Of a stretch of DNA of 64,000 nucleotides, positions 26,077-38,600 are shown piece after piece. Within the stretch, counting starts at the first letter, position 1; each line of letters opens with the position of its first letter. Under the pieces are notes generated by a model that saw only the letters and a list, made by a program, of their open reading frames with translations, had not been told where the DNA came from and did no database searches. The stretch is taken from contig CM060731.1 in NCBI GenBank assembly GCA_030704615.1, positions 84,878,001 through 84,942,000 of the forward strand, in the 5' to 3' direction. The stretch is from Takakia lepidozioides (taxonomy: Eukaryota > Plantae > Bryophyta). A program made the translations under genes and the position numbers.

Positions 26077-28049
26077 TAAACTTTGGATCGCGGTCCGAGA
26101 CAATATCCTTCGGGACTCCATGATGCTTTAAGACGTGGGCGAAGTAAAGTCGCCCTGTTTCCTGCGCCGTTGCCGTCTCCTTGGTGGGGATGAAATGGCC
26201 CATTTTATTGAACCTATCCACCACCACCATTTTTTGCATCGAATCCTTTTGACAGCGGCATAGCAGTCATGAAATCCATCGAGACGCTTTCCCAAGTCCC
26301 CTCTGGAATCGGCAAGGGTTGTAACAGCCCCGCTTGCTTTTTGTACTCGCTCCGGTTTTGTTGGCATGTGGTGCATGTCTTGACATACTCCTCTGCCTCC
26401 TCCCTCAGTTTGGGCCAGAAATACTCTTTCTTCAAGAGTGCCGCAGTGCGCTTGGCTCCGCCGTGGCCCGCAAGCGGGCTATCATGGCATTCTCTCAAGA
26501 AGCTATCTCTGATCCCTCCCTTCGGCACGTAGAGACGCTTTTGCTTATACCAGAGCAGTCCATTTTGCAAGTGGAACTGCGATTTAACCCCCATCCTCAA
26601 GTCCTACATCACGGACTTCGCCAACTCATCCTTCCGGCAAGCCTTCCGGATCTTCCTTTGGAGCGCCGTCTCGCCCCTGTACACCAACAGGAGCTGCTGC
26701 TTTCTACTTAAAGCATTGGCCACCACGTTGTCCCGTCCCGGTTTGTACTGGATATCCATGTCGAACACCGCCAAAGTATCTTGCCACCTAAGTTGTTTTG
26801 GGGACAACTTGGGTTGCGTGGCAAAATACTTCACCGTGACATTGTCCGTGAACACCTTCACTGGGTTGGAACCAACATAGTGGCACCAAAGCTCAAGACA
26901 GTGCACCACCGCCTTCATCTCCTTCTCGTGCGTCGGCCACCGTCGCTCCACTTCATTCAGTTTCTTACTTTCGTAAGCCACCGGACGTCCATCTTGCATC
27001 AGTACACCCCCAATCGCGAAGTCCGACGCATCTGTATGAATCTCGAACGGACGATCGAACTCCGGGATTTTCAAGATTGGAGCTTCCGCCATCCGCTGCT
27101 TCAATTCAGCAAAAGCTTGGCCACAAAAGGTGTTCCATGCCCAGACTGTGGATTTACACAGAACGTCTGACAGCGGCCCCGCGACCTTGGCGAAATTTCT
27201 CACATACTTCCGGTAATAGGAGGCAAGTCCTAGGAAGGATCGCACTCCCGGGACCGAAGTCGGAGGCTCCCAATCCAAGATTGCCCTCACCTTCCTGTCA
27301 TCCATTCTGATCCCATCCTGTGTAATCACATGCCCCAGGAACTCCACTTTTGTGACCCCGAATTCGCACTTTGAAGCTTTGGCATACAGCTTCCCTTCCC
27401 GCAATTTCTGGAACACCCTTTTGAGGTGCTCCAGGTGCTCCTCCTTTGTTTTCGAATACACCAAGATGTCGTCAATGTACACGATCACAAAGTCATCCAA
27501 CCACTCCTGGAAAAGGCTGTACATCAGCGTGCTAAAGGTCGCGGGAGCGTTGGTGAGTCCAACAGGCATCACCAAGAACTCATATGAACCATACCTTGTC
27601 CTGCACGCGGTCTTCTCCTCATCTCCTTCCGCCACTCGAATTTGATGATAGCCGGAGCGCAGATCGATCCGGCTGAAATACTTCGCTCCTGCCAACCGAT
27701 CGAAAAGGTCGTCGATCCTTGGCAAAGGGTACCGGTTTTTGATAGTCACCTTATTCAAAGCCCTGTAATCGACACACATCCGCAGCGTCCCATCCTTCTT
27801 GTCTACGAATAGCACCGGGGCTCCGTAAGGTAACTTACTCGGCCGGATGTACCCCTTTGACATTAGATCTTTGAGCTGAGTCTTCAGCTTGACCAACTCT
27901 CTGTGGCTCAACCGGTAGGGCGCCTTGGCAGGCGGTTCCGATCCCGATATCACCTCAATCTTGTGGTCAACTCCTCTTCGCGGTCGCAAGCCGCTTGGTA
28001 AATCCTCCGGCATCACATCCTGGTATTTCTCCAAAATCCCCTTGATCCA
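26077..28049 (-). mobile_element. Chromovirus pol fragment (RT, RNase H, integrase N-terminal half)
   Basis: ORF 26604-28034 with [21 protein letters not shown] and HEKEM; highly similar to 44026-45996. Confidence 0.97.
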
Positions 28050-28118
28050 CTGCCCCCACCACAGGGGCAGCCCCTTTTGTGTCCCGACCCCCTGCCCTCA
28101 AGGCAAAGGGCCGCAACA
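28049..28118 (-). mobile_element. Short internal fragment of the chromovirus LTR
   Basis: Reverse complement of ~47762-47831. Confidence 0.85.
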
Positions 28119-28119
28119 T

Positions 28120-28883
28120 GCAATGAGATGATTCGGAGGAGCTCGTAGGGCGGTGTGCCTGCCCCTTGCTTCACATGGAGATTTGTGTACGCAAAGTTTG
28201 TAGAGACCACACTGAAGGAGTTCTGGTTCTGCAGGCACGACATCATGTCGTGTGTGTTCGGCAAGCCCAAGTATGGTGTACAAGGCATGCTTGAACCACC
28301 AGCAGTCTGGCATGTGGCAACTGGTACAGATCTTACCCTGGAGGAGGCAAACGCTCTGGGATGTGCAAAATTTTGACTAGTGGAGAGGACAGACGTTCCT
28401 CGAAATCCAATTCCCAATCGTCATCCTCCTCCCACAAGAAACTCTTCACCCCGCATACCGGTGGGTGACCCCGCAGCTTGCAGACCGACCTATCGGTGGG
28501 AGAAACTGAAAAGACGGCGGCCACCAACAAAGGCGAATGACACCAGGATGGCCAACGCTCTTGTAATGCCCTGCATTGTGCAAAGTTGCAGGGATGTTCC
28601 TCACCCCGAGATGGGGCGCATATTTCAGTTGTCCACAGCTGGGTCCGCTACGCGCAGTGTCGTGTATGCAATCCCGGTTTCTCAGTACCCAGCCTGCAAC
28701 TATGAGGACTTCCTTGTTATGGAATCGAAGAACGCAGCATACGTCCCCTGCAAACACCTGTATTACATTTTTCTGAAGCGCATGAGGTGCATATCCGCAA
28801 TGGACGTCTTCATCCATGCTCCAACACTGAGCTTCAACGAGCTGCACAAGGCTCTCAGGCATGATACAGGGAGAACTGGTTGA
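28120..28883 (+). pseudogene. SWIM zinc-finger C-terminal region of the MULE-like gene, with stop codons
   Basis: PAPCF, FWFCRHDI..CVFGKPKYG, PACNYEDF..PCKHLYY and DVFIHAP; close paralog of 58246-59241. Confidence 0.85.
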
Positions 28884-31539
28884 CATTCCACATTCGGGAA
28901 AGAGAAAGTTGCAAGACAATTTCAGCCACTTTCATAGTTGCAATAGCGGTGCTACTCTATTTTATCGACATGTAGAACTGACAATCCCACCCAATTCTAT
29001 TACATTCATCTTCTTGCAACATATTTTTTTGGCAGGAAATATACATTTGGTGGTGCCGCGTTTCCATGGCTTTAGGTACATTTTGGTGCCACAATGCATG
29101 GAATGTGGCCGTTGACCCTGAATGGCATGGGCATGCTTTTTTATTTAGGTTCTGTCTATTAATGGATCCGAGGAAAGCCTTTCATTGTATGCAGATACAG
29201 GGGTTTTCTGGCCCTATTTCGGTGCCGTTATTGAACTGTATAGTGCACAGTGCTTCCTTGTTACTGCTCTTCATTCATTTTGTGGAGATTTCGTAGCCCA
29301 TTGTGGCGTATTCATCCGCCTTTATCCGAAAACTCCGATTTGCTACCAATACAATGACACTATACTGCAAATGTGATGCCTTTACAAGATTGCAAGTGTT
29401 GTGTTCTAGTGGGAAGACTCCTACTGCACATTCCTGCATTCGCATACTGCACCTTGTGCACACAACAACCCAAACGACAAAGGACACGTCCCAGCAATAC
29501 TGGAAGTCAATTGCAAAAAACCTTTACAGAAGATTATCCAAGCATGTATATTCCTCATATAGCACTGGGAAGCTACGATACTTCTGGAGGGAAATGTATA
29601 TGCCATGAGCACTACAACAGATACCGGCTTTAACGTCTGCCACATTTTCCCAGTCGTAACATATATGTTTGCAAAATGCAAGGGGGCAGTCCCGGTTGCC
29701 AATTGTGACCACCAGAAGTCGTATATGTCACCTTGTACCTCCGCCACGTCCGGATCTGCGGTCAAACACATTTGACTAGATAGGGGAAGATGGTAGATAC
29801 GACTACGAGTCATGCCAAAACTGCAACAGGATGACGTGGGCATGGGAATGTATGACTGCCAGTATTCACGACTGCACGTGGCGATTGTCGATTGCCCAAG
29901 GAGTGTCTAGGTGGACGATGTAAAGATAAATGGATGAAACAAATGCAGGATGTGATTGCAAATGACGACGTGTCAACATATCATTGCTCGCGGGCACTAA
30001 GCCACACCCTGAAACTGAATTGCGTGTCTTCTAATAGTTATATGAATGAATGAATGAATGAATGATTAGGATGAACTAGGATGAATGACGATGAATGTGC
30101 TCGAATTTAGGGTTGTTAGGTCGCAATGTTGCAGGGGCTGGGACTTGGTGTTTTTTGGGGTCTGCATCTTCTTAGTGCCGAAGCATCACGATAGCAAGCC
30201 GTGTTTTAATCTCTGCCCGCTCAGCTGCACCGTGGTGGTTCTCATAGACCAATCCGACTTTACCTACTTGACTACACAAGCAGCACACACAAGAGGTCAT
30301 CTTGGGTTCATGGTCAGTCAAATCCTCCATGGGTAATGACACAAGGTCAAGGACAATATGGTGAGGGCACCTTCTTCTTCGACCTAGTTCAGCATGTTTT
30401 TCCCTCTCATCAGACTCGGCCCTGAATTTGCAGCACGGAGCAGAGCTGGCACGAGTTTTTTAAAGATCCTTCACGATGGTGCGACAACCGCAATCGCAAG
30501 GTGTGGTTTTTTCTTAGTGTACGACGTGAAGAAGTTTTTATGTCCTGTAAATGTGGGCGGTTGGCTCTTGTTAGTACCATGATTTGGTATTCTATGCGGA
30601 ACCACATCACGCAGACTGGGAGAACATCTATCAAGTACCAACACAGTGGACAGCACAGCAAGAGTCTGTAAGGGGAAATTATAGTGGGAGTGTATCGAAT
30701 GTGCCAACGTTGAAGAAAAAATTAAAGGAAGTTGTCGAGCCCTACGATTTCAACAACCCTAATGTACGTGCATGATTTTTCTGAATTCCAAGTATTCGTA
30801 GTTTGGACATGTGTCATGATGTTACAACTACTGGCTCAGTTCGATGGAAGAATAGATAATCAAAACACTAATCTGGAACATAACCCTCTCGTATCGATGG
30901 GCATCGGAACTACTCCAAGTTCTGTTCCTAGTAAGCCATGTAGGTTTCAGGACCATTGTTGTAAGACGTTTAGCAGTATATTGTCGTTTGGGAAAGAAAA
31001 TTACTTGTAGATCTGCTTTTGTAAACGTAATTGCAAGTCTAAGTTAGGACAGAGTTGTAGCTAAAACTTGTACACCACATAAACTGAACGCATCTACACA
31101 GCTTCACACAATCTGGATCATTCTTGAGTATATGAATCTCTTGAAAACCCATCTGGAAAGAAAAGGGAACTGGTAGATCTAGATATAAAGAAAAAAAATA
31201 CACACCATGATAGAAGCATGGTGGAGCTATTGTCAACCAGCAGGTCTCTAGAAAGAATCTACTTAAACATGAATAGAAGTTTGAACTACCAATTTGCCTG
31301 TTTTCCCTCGGCAAGTAACTAAACTTTGCAGACTTTGGATTTTGAGAAAAGCTAGTTGTTTTCATGTCACAAGGCCAAGGACAATGTGGTGAGGGCACCT
31401 TCCTCTTCAACTCATGTTTTCCTTCTTATCGAGTCGTCCCTAGTTTTCCATGTTGAAGTCTGCAAGTTAGCTGGTACCTTGTTGACATGTACTTAAGTCA
31501 GACTAGGTTGATTGATGTTAGGATCTGATTTCAGGAAGG

Positions 31540-31748
31540 CTTTGGAAGTACAAAAATTGGGTTTGAAGCTCTGGAGTATGTTATCTGAATGTAGGGAAAG
31601 CTGAATCAATAGAATGCAGGCTATCTTATGAATATGAGCTTGGCAGCCCTAAAAAGGGGCGCAGAGGTCCATGGTTATATTGTCAAAGCTGGAATTGTAG
31701 TAGATGTCATGTTGAACATTGCCCTAGTGGACATGTATGCCAAATGTG
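31540..31748 (+). pseudogene. PLS-class PPR gene fragment
   Basis: SLAALKRGAEVHGYIVKAGIVVDVMLNIALVDMYAKC, then an abrupt break. Confidence 0.85.
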
Positions 31749-32388
31749 AGCCCGGCAATCCTGGAAAAGTAAGCAAAGGGAACTTTCTTCTTCAACCTAT
31801 TTGAGCCTGTTTTGCACCATCCACTAGAAGAGAAACCGGCTTTTTCCACGGGTATACCATCTCACACCTAGCACATTCCACGGCTTTTATCACGGGTCTA
31901 TAGAGTGAGCCAAGGTGTGGGTCAAAATATGCCCTAACTGTGGGGTGTCTTACATGTGATCCACACCCGAGGCAAGAACGGTGTGAAAACAGCCATGAGC
32001 GTGGCGGGAGTTGGCTTAGTTTACATGGCATGTTACACACATGTGTGAAATGGGACCATAGAATTTCCACATTGTGGTGTATGGGGAGTTTGAGAATGAT
32101 GCCCTTGGAAAATGATCATGAGCTTCATGTTCATGTTTAGAAATTTGCACGATGGGCTAGTAGCAAATGAAGAATCACCCCCTGCTACACCCCATTTTCA
32201 ATCTCTACATTATGAAGTCTATAATGCCCTTGGTGAAATGAGCATGGGGATCGCATTCAAAGGTGGCCCCGTTCCGTTGCAACCTATGACACAACTAGGA
32301 CAAACAGGCATAGGCATGATTTACACTTTTTGCCACAAATCACTTGCATCATCCTTACGTTGAACTCCTTGTCTATGTGACATGCTTG

Positions 32389-32470
32389 GGGGGCTGCTAT
32401 TTCATGAGCCATGAGCCATGAGCGGCATGAGCCATGAGCAGAGTCGTAAGTGTGGAAAAAAACATGAGCA
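32389..32470 (+). mobile_element. Terminus of the GCTATTTCATGAGC DNA transposon family (divergent copy)
   Basis: gggggctgctatttcatgagc followed by (catgagc) repeats, matching the ends at 54215, 60078 and 63760. Confidence 0.75.
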
Positions 32471-32851
32471 ACACTATTTTCCGGAAATGAGTGTCCGCGG
32501 GAATAGGGTTTAGGGTGCCACGGTCATAGGGGGAGAAGGACCTCCCGATGAAGGAGGTTCGGCAATGTTATTTAGAATTATATATTGAAAGGCAATGTTT
32601 CGCGAATGGTAGGGTGGTACTGCTCTGTACAATGGGGGCCCATTTCAGCCTACCAGCCATTTGCAAAATCCACCCACACTCCCAATCCCAAACGAAATGA
32701 GCAATGACGCATTCTGGGAACGATGGACACAGAATAGAATAAAAAGAGGGCACAATGAGGTTTTTATTGATCCACATGAATTGCATTTGAAGCACGTCTA
32801 CTGTGCTGATTGTGCCATCAAATCTTGAGCCCTGTGCCTACTGAATACAAG

Positions 32852-33415
32852 TCACGTTGTCAATGGGACTTCGACTGCTCTCAGAACTAGCTCATGAGTC
32901 ATGGGGCTCCTCCATGTAAAGTCGATTGCAGCCGTTGTACCGCCCCTAGTGATGTTCACCACAATGTCCTGCCCTTCAATCATACCACCATCGAATATGG
33001 AAATCTTCACGTTTTCGTCGTCCACACCAATGCAAATGTCCCCATACAATGGAGAAGAGGAGCGCACTCCTTCAGGAGAATAGGTCTCTCCGATGGAGTC
33101 CACCCACATCCAGTGGCAGCAGTTCCACCGCAACAGCATAGCAGTGCGCCTTCTTCTGCATGGGTGACCGTCGTAGCTGGGAAAATCGGAATCGAGGATG
33201 CGCAGGAGCCACGGACTCCTCAGACCAAGATCGTCACCCCGCTCGAAGGCGTAGTGGCCTACGATATACTCAAAAGCCACCAATGTTTCCACAATCGAAC
33301 CAGTATCTTCTGTGTAATCTGTGTACCAGATAACAATGTCTCCTGATGTGGCCGAATACATTGCATAATCGATGCCTCCAAATGGGCAGTCGTCCCGGTT
33401 CCGGAAGCACGGCAT
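32852..33415 (-). CDS. Hypothetical protein (~187 aa from ATG 33415), paralog of 33965-34545
   Basis: Open frame; aligns along its length with the opposite-strand copy (DCP..DYAM..SGDI..W, FERG..PW, WNCC.W, YGDI, DGG.IEG.DIVV, ELVLR..EVP). Confidence 0.7.
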   Translation of the reverse strand: MPCFRNRDDCPFGGIDYAMYSATSGDIVIWYTDYTEDTGSIVETLVAFEYIVGHYAFERGDDLGLRSPWLLRILDSDFPSYDGHPCRRRRTAMLLRWNCCHWMWVDSIGETYSPEGVRSSSPLYGDICIGVDDENVKISIFDGGMIEGQDIVVNITRGGTTAAIDFTWRSPMTHELVLRAVEVPLTT

Positions 33416-33964
33416 CCTTGCAAAGGAGGACCTGAGGACGACTTGGATGCCGATGACCTTGCGGACAGCTACGAAGCCCTTAGATTTTGGAAATGATGCG
33501 AAGCGGAAGAGCAGTCCGGCCTCCAATAATGGAGCATCTGGGTCACACGTACCCACCGACGGAGGTGGAACGTGTTCATCACGCCAGCGGTGGATGAACC
33601 CATACATCTTTCTCATCAACAAGTTATAGTTTGAGATCTGCCACTGAAGTCCATCCCCCGGATGGAAATTCGGCGCCGCATTTACATCGAAGAGGGGATG
33701 GACTTCGTCGTGTCCAGTGGCTATCGGCCACCTGGCAGTGACTGCTCATAGTTTGCATGGCAGGGTAGGAAACTGTGAAACGGCTACATTCATGCAGCAG
33801 CCAATCTTCATCGGTCCAGGATCCTGTAGGGGGGAAATTTAAATGTGCCCTGGAGTGTTTGTGAGGAATTGCAGCGTTAGCTTGAACTTTTTCCAGCCAC
33901 CCGGTCCTCCTCCTCCATCCGGGAGCTGCTGTCATTGAGCGTACTCCGCGACTCTTTTTCAAGG

Positions 33965-34545
33965 ATGTCGTGCCGCCGAAATCCAGCCGACTGCCCTTAT
34001 CATGGCCACGATTATGCTATGTTCAAACCAGAATCAGGAGACATCATTGTCTGGCTCTCTGTTTTCACAGACGCTGCTGGAATCAAGCAAGAGTCTTTGC
34101 GCGCAATGGAGTATCTGGAGGGCGATTATCGCTTTGAGCGAGGTGAGGGCGAGGGTCAATGCGGTCCGTGGGTCCTGAAAATTGTTGACCTCAATATACC
34201 AAGCTGGAAAGGGATGCCGGATAGATCACGCACGGCCTCGCTTTGGCGCTTGGAACTGCTGCCAGTGGACCAGGGAGGACGGCACCGGGGAAAACTATAT
34301 ACGTGCAGATCACTCCGCTCTTCCAGTGTTATGGAGACATTCGGCTGCGTTGCGAAGACGAATCGCACGGGCACATGAGGCCCACAGTGACCTTGTCAAT
34401 GTATGATGGTGGTATCATTGAAGGACATGACATTGTCGTCGGCTCCAGCAAGGGCAGCAGAACGACCGAATTGCAGTTTACCTCGAGGTGCCGCAGCAGT
34501 GATGAGCTTGTTTTGAGGGGTATCGAAGTTCCGTCGACTTGGTGA
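33965..34545 (+). pseudogene. Frameshifted paralog of 32852-33415
   Basis: Homology is split over three ORF-track frames (33935-34378, 34182-34406, 34243-34545). Confidence 0.7.
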
Positions 34546-34800
34546 AGCCCATGTAGAAGGAGGAAGGGCTTAGTTTTGTCTGCAGTTGGTAAATGTGAGA
34601 CATCGTGTCCGATCAATAAACCCATCGTACCTCACTTCTGTATGATTGTGTTCATTGTGTTGAATAACTGTCGGAATTGGCCCACTGTTTACAATTTGAT
34701 GTCTCATTTCTACAATGTGTCTGTCCGGATGAATATAGCAGAGTAACCGGTATGTGAGTCATGTGTCAAGAATATACCAGAGTAACGCCATGTCGGACAT

Positions 34801-35503
34801 CGAAATGCGGCACCGCATTTCCATGTGGGACAAGAAAATGCGGTGCATCATTTCCGTCCAGGTACACGAAATACCAACACGGGTCTATAAATTGGTCAGA
34901 AAACGAGGTTGGCATTGCAAATGCGGCGACGCATTTTCAGCTTGGCAATGGAAACTTCTTTTTGGACAAGGGAATGCGGTGCCGCATTTCCGTCCAACAC
35001 TTCGAAAAGTGTGACATTTCCGACCAGCGCGATGGAATGCGTTACCGCATTTCCAAGAGAGGGTCTGCAAATGGACAAATTGCGATGTCCGTTCTGGAAA
35101 TGCGGCGCCGCATTTCCATGTCCGTCATCGACTTTTTTTTAACAATGGAATGCGGTGCCAATTTTTGCTGATGGGCCTGCAGTTCGAACAACGACCATCC
35201 CCAATACTGAAATGCGGCACCGCATTTTCAATTCCGCCATATCGACCTCCTTGTTCGACCTCCTCGTTCGACCTCTGTAAGCGTGGTGGCATCCATGCAA
35301 TGAGCGGGAGAGGCCAAAACTGGCGTGTGGACAAAGGAAATTAATGGAAATGCGGCACCGCATTTCCAATTCAGATTACTTTTTACTATGCCAACATTGA
35401 AATGAAAATTTAGTCCCTCCCCTGTTTTGGAAATGCGGATGCCGCATTTCCAAAAGAGGTTCTTAGAGTTGCCAAAATTTTGGAAATGCGTGGGCACCAT
35501 TTC
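34801..35503. repeat. Palindrome array 1: about 11 copies of GGAAATGCGGCGCCGCATTTCC variants with unrelated spacers
   Basis: Copies start at 34801, 34834, 34917, 34970, 35033, 35096 (perfect), 35146, 35208, 35346, 35429 and 35482. Confidence 0.92.
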
Positions 35504-35679
35504 TGATTTTGGGAGCGTCGTGGTTTGGCGATTGTGTGGCTGGAATGCACACTGGAGAGGGGTCACGAATGTCTGGCAGAATTTCCTTTATATACTCTGG
35601 AAGAGAATTTACATTTACAGAGACTTCATTAAAATTCTATTAATCTTGAAAATCATCCGAATCCTCATCCTGTTCTAGA

Positions 35680-38600
35680 CTGTCCTGCTCCGCCTCCACC
35701 CCCTCAGTGCCTTTCTCATCTCCAGCGGACTGCTCGTTGGCCAGGCTTTCGAAAATCCCATCTTCCCCTTGCGGAACTGTCCATCTCACTCCGTTGGGTC
35801 GTCTTCCTCCCTGTCTGCGTCGCTCTCATCCGATGAATCACATATGTACTTTCGTACCCGTCTACCTGTCTGAGCTGCTGCCAACTCTTTCCTTATCCTT
35901 CTGTCCTCCCTAGCCCTCTCCAAAATCTGCTCTACTTTACTGGGATTCTCACTTCTTCTAATCGGTATTTGCGAGTTTAGCTGCATAACTAGGAAGGGAG
36001 TAGTCCCTCACCGGGCTCGTCATGAAGTCGGCCCTCGCAAAGAACGGGACATTCTTCCTGGCAGGAAGTGTAGGCCCTACATGTTTCGACCCGGACCCTG
36101 CAATCCTGCACATGACAATCATCAACGAGACTAATGAGAACCACAGTCGGGAAATTCGTTTGACATAAATGACCCAGAGGCTTTGCAAACTTACAATGTT
36201 TGCACTCACTCGTATTCCGGGTTCTCCTCCGCATCAATGTCCACTGTGTTTTCTCGGACTCCGACGAATCCGAGGAGACTTCCGCTCTGTCGGGAGCCTC
36301 ACATTCCGTTGCAGCCCTCCAGATGGGATCCCCACACGGATGAATCATCCTCGTAGGCAAAGAGGTGCCGGTCGGAAAACCGCCCAGCCCACATTGAGGC
36401 ACTGTTACAATGCCATCCACACATTACCACATGGCGCTTCAGATGTTGCGAACTACATCCTAACGAGATTTGCAGAACAGCATAGATCAAGATTCTGCAT
36501 ACCTGTCCCACAGATGAGGTCGAGCACTGTGCCCTCCAGTCTGTGCATGTCTCCATAATTGTCTGAATGAAGGCAGGGCTCCGAGTCCGTGAGTACCGCA
36601 GGGGTTCCGTTGAAGTGAGGCTATGAGGGAGAAGTTCCTTGGGAACGTTGTTGAACAGAACGTCGTAATCGAGGGGTCGCAGTTTGGGTCAACCTTTCCT
36701 CCCTCCTTCCGGAAAGCAAAGGTGGAGTTCTCCTTCACAAAGCAGTATGCATCGAACTGCTTCGTCTGCATACACAGGGGGAAAACGATTAGAAACCGAA
36801 TGCGGCACCGCATTTGAAAACACCCAAGCAAATGAATGGACGAGTGCCAGTGTCGTAATCACCTTTTCCCCTTCCGACCAAGGCCCAGTGTGTTGATGCA
36901 CGTCCACTTCTTTTTCAGAATCGGGACGGCGCTCTTGCGGGTCCACTTCGCAATTCCTGTCTGAGTGTTTTTTCCTCTGCTTGCCAGGACAACCACACAG
37001 CCTCTGTCGTCCAACACCATGCGGGCAAGCCCGAATCCTTTCTTCAAAAGTCTCCGAGTACCTGTTCCAAGATGGCAAAGCTTGCAGTCCTTCCACAGGC
37101 TCTCCGTCCGGAATATCCAAGATGATCATATCGCAAGACCACTCGGTGGCATTTCCGCCCCTCCTACAATCCTTGTCTGCACACACCTCTCAAAGAACGA
37201 GACCATATTCTGAAATCCTGGGGTGTCGGAAGGCTCTTCGGCAGTCGCCTTCTTCAGTGCTCTGCCCTTCAGACCCTCCATGGTCTTCATGTATGCCAAC
37301 TTGGCTGCCCGTCCATCCAAAGCCGCCAAGAAACTCTCATTTACACACTGGACTACTGTTTCGGGAGCCACTTTCGGCCTCTTCATTTCCACCGGCTCGA
37401 AAGGGTGCCCCCTGGGGGGTTGAAGAGTGCCTTCTTTGCCGAGCCAGTTCTCGTGCCTCTCGTGACAACGGTGGGCACAGGGGAGGCAGCCTGCGTTTGG
37501 GGGGGTGGGCTGGTTGCAAAGTCTCCATCGGAGTCCTCTTCCTCACCCTCTTCCTGAACAGGCTGTTTCTGCTTCTTCGTTTTGGCGGGTGTCACAACAG
37601 CTGCTCCTTGCTGGCGAGTCCTCTTCTTCGACCCCTTCTGTTGGGCCTGCACAGCTGCATCCACCGTTTTGTGCCATCTCAGCTGCCTTTCTGGATTCTT
37701 CCAGAGCAGCAGATTCCTTTGCCGACTTTGGCCCAGCAGGGACACGTCTTTCCTTTCTCTTCTCTTCTGCCAAGGCGTGCAGATCTTTCTCAGACTCGTC
37801 AACAATACCGCCAGACATGTCCAGGTACCACGGGCATCCAACGAGATGCGCGGGATGCCATTGTTTCTGCATCTCGGGTGTGTAGACACAGCTTGGGCCC
37901 GCCACGGTCCAAGCCATGAAGAACGGGGGCTCTTGAGCCAGGGCCCTGTCTGAAGGAGCACGTATTTCATATACCTGCAAGGCAGTCAGCATGCGTGAGC
38001 AAAAGTTGAGACCAACCTACTGGCAGAGTGCCACCAAAAACATAAAATGCGAATGCGGTGCCGCATTTCCGAGACAAACCTCGTAACCAGGCTTCGCATA
38101 CAAGGGCAGCTGTGCTTCACCTGTAAACAATTCGCATTGCAGCTTTCCCCGCTCCCTCCTGATGTGTAAACTCCACGCTCTTCTTGCTGTCTGTAGCTCT
38201 CTGGCGAAAAGGTTGTCCTTGTACGCACATCTGAAACGTGTCACGTAGTCTTCCAATGTCTGTGTTCCATCCCATTTGACGTACAAGCCGAACGAATTTG
38301 TGTGCATTACGACTTGCTCCTTCGCATTCGACATTACCTGCGATTCCCAAATCCATTGTCACGTAGCAGTTCAGGGAATTCATGTCAGAAAAGCAAATCT
38401 GGGGAAGTACCTTGAATTACCTGGAACCACCAAGTCATACGGTTGAGCCACACATCCACTGCAGGGTCGGAAACTTTGAGTGGAAAAGACCACATTGTCC
38501 TTATGCTCTCGGATGCATTCCAGATCGACAGCCACCGTGTCTGCCATTTCCGATCCAATGTCAGGAGCTGGAAGAGAGTGGCTATTGCTAGGAAGGAACT

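Noticed and set aside
26604-28034. Functional RT gene
   Set aside because: The frame is open, but gag, protease and PBS are deleted and the integrase is split by an inversion.
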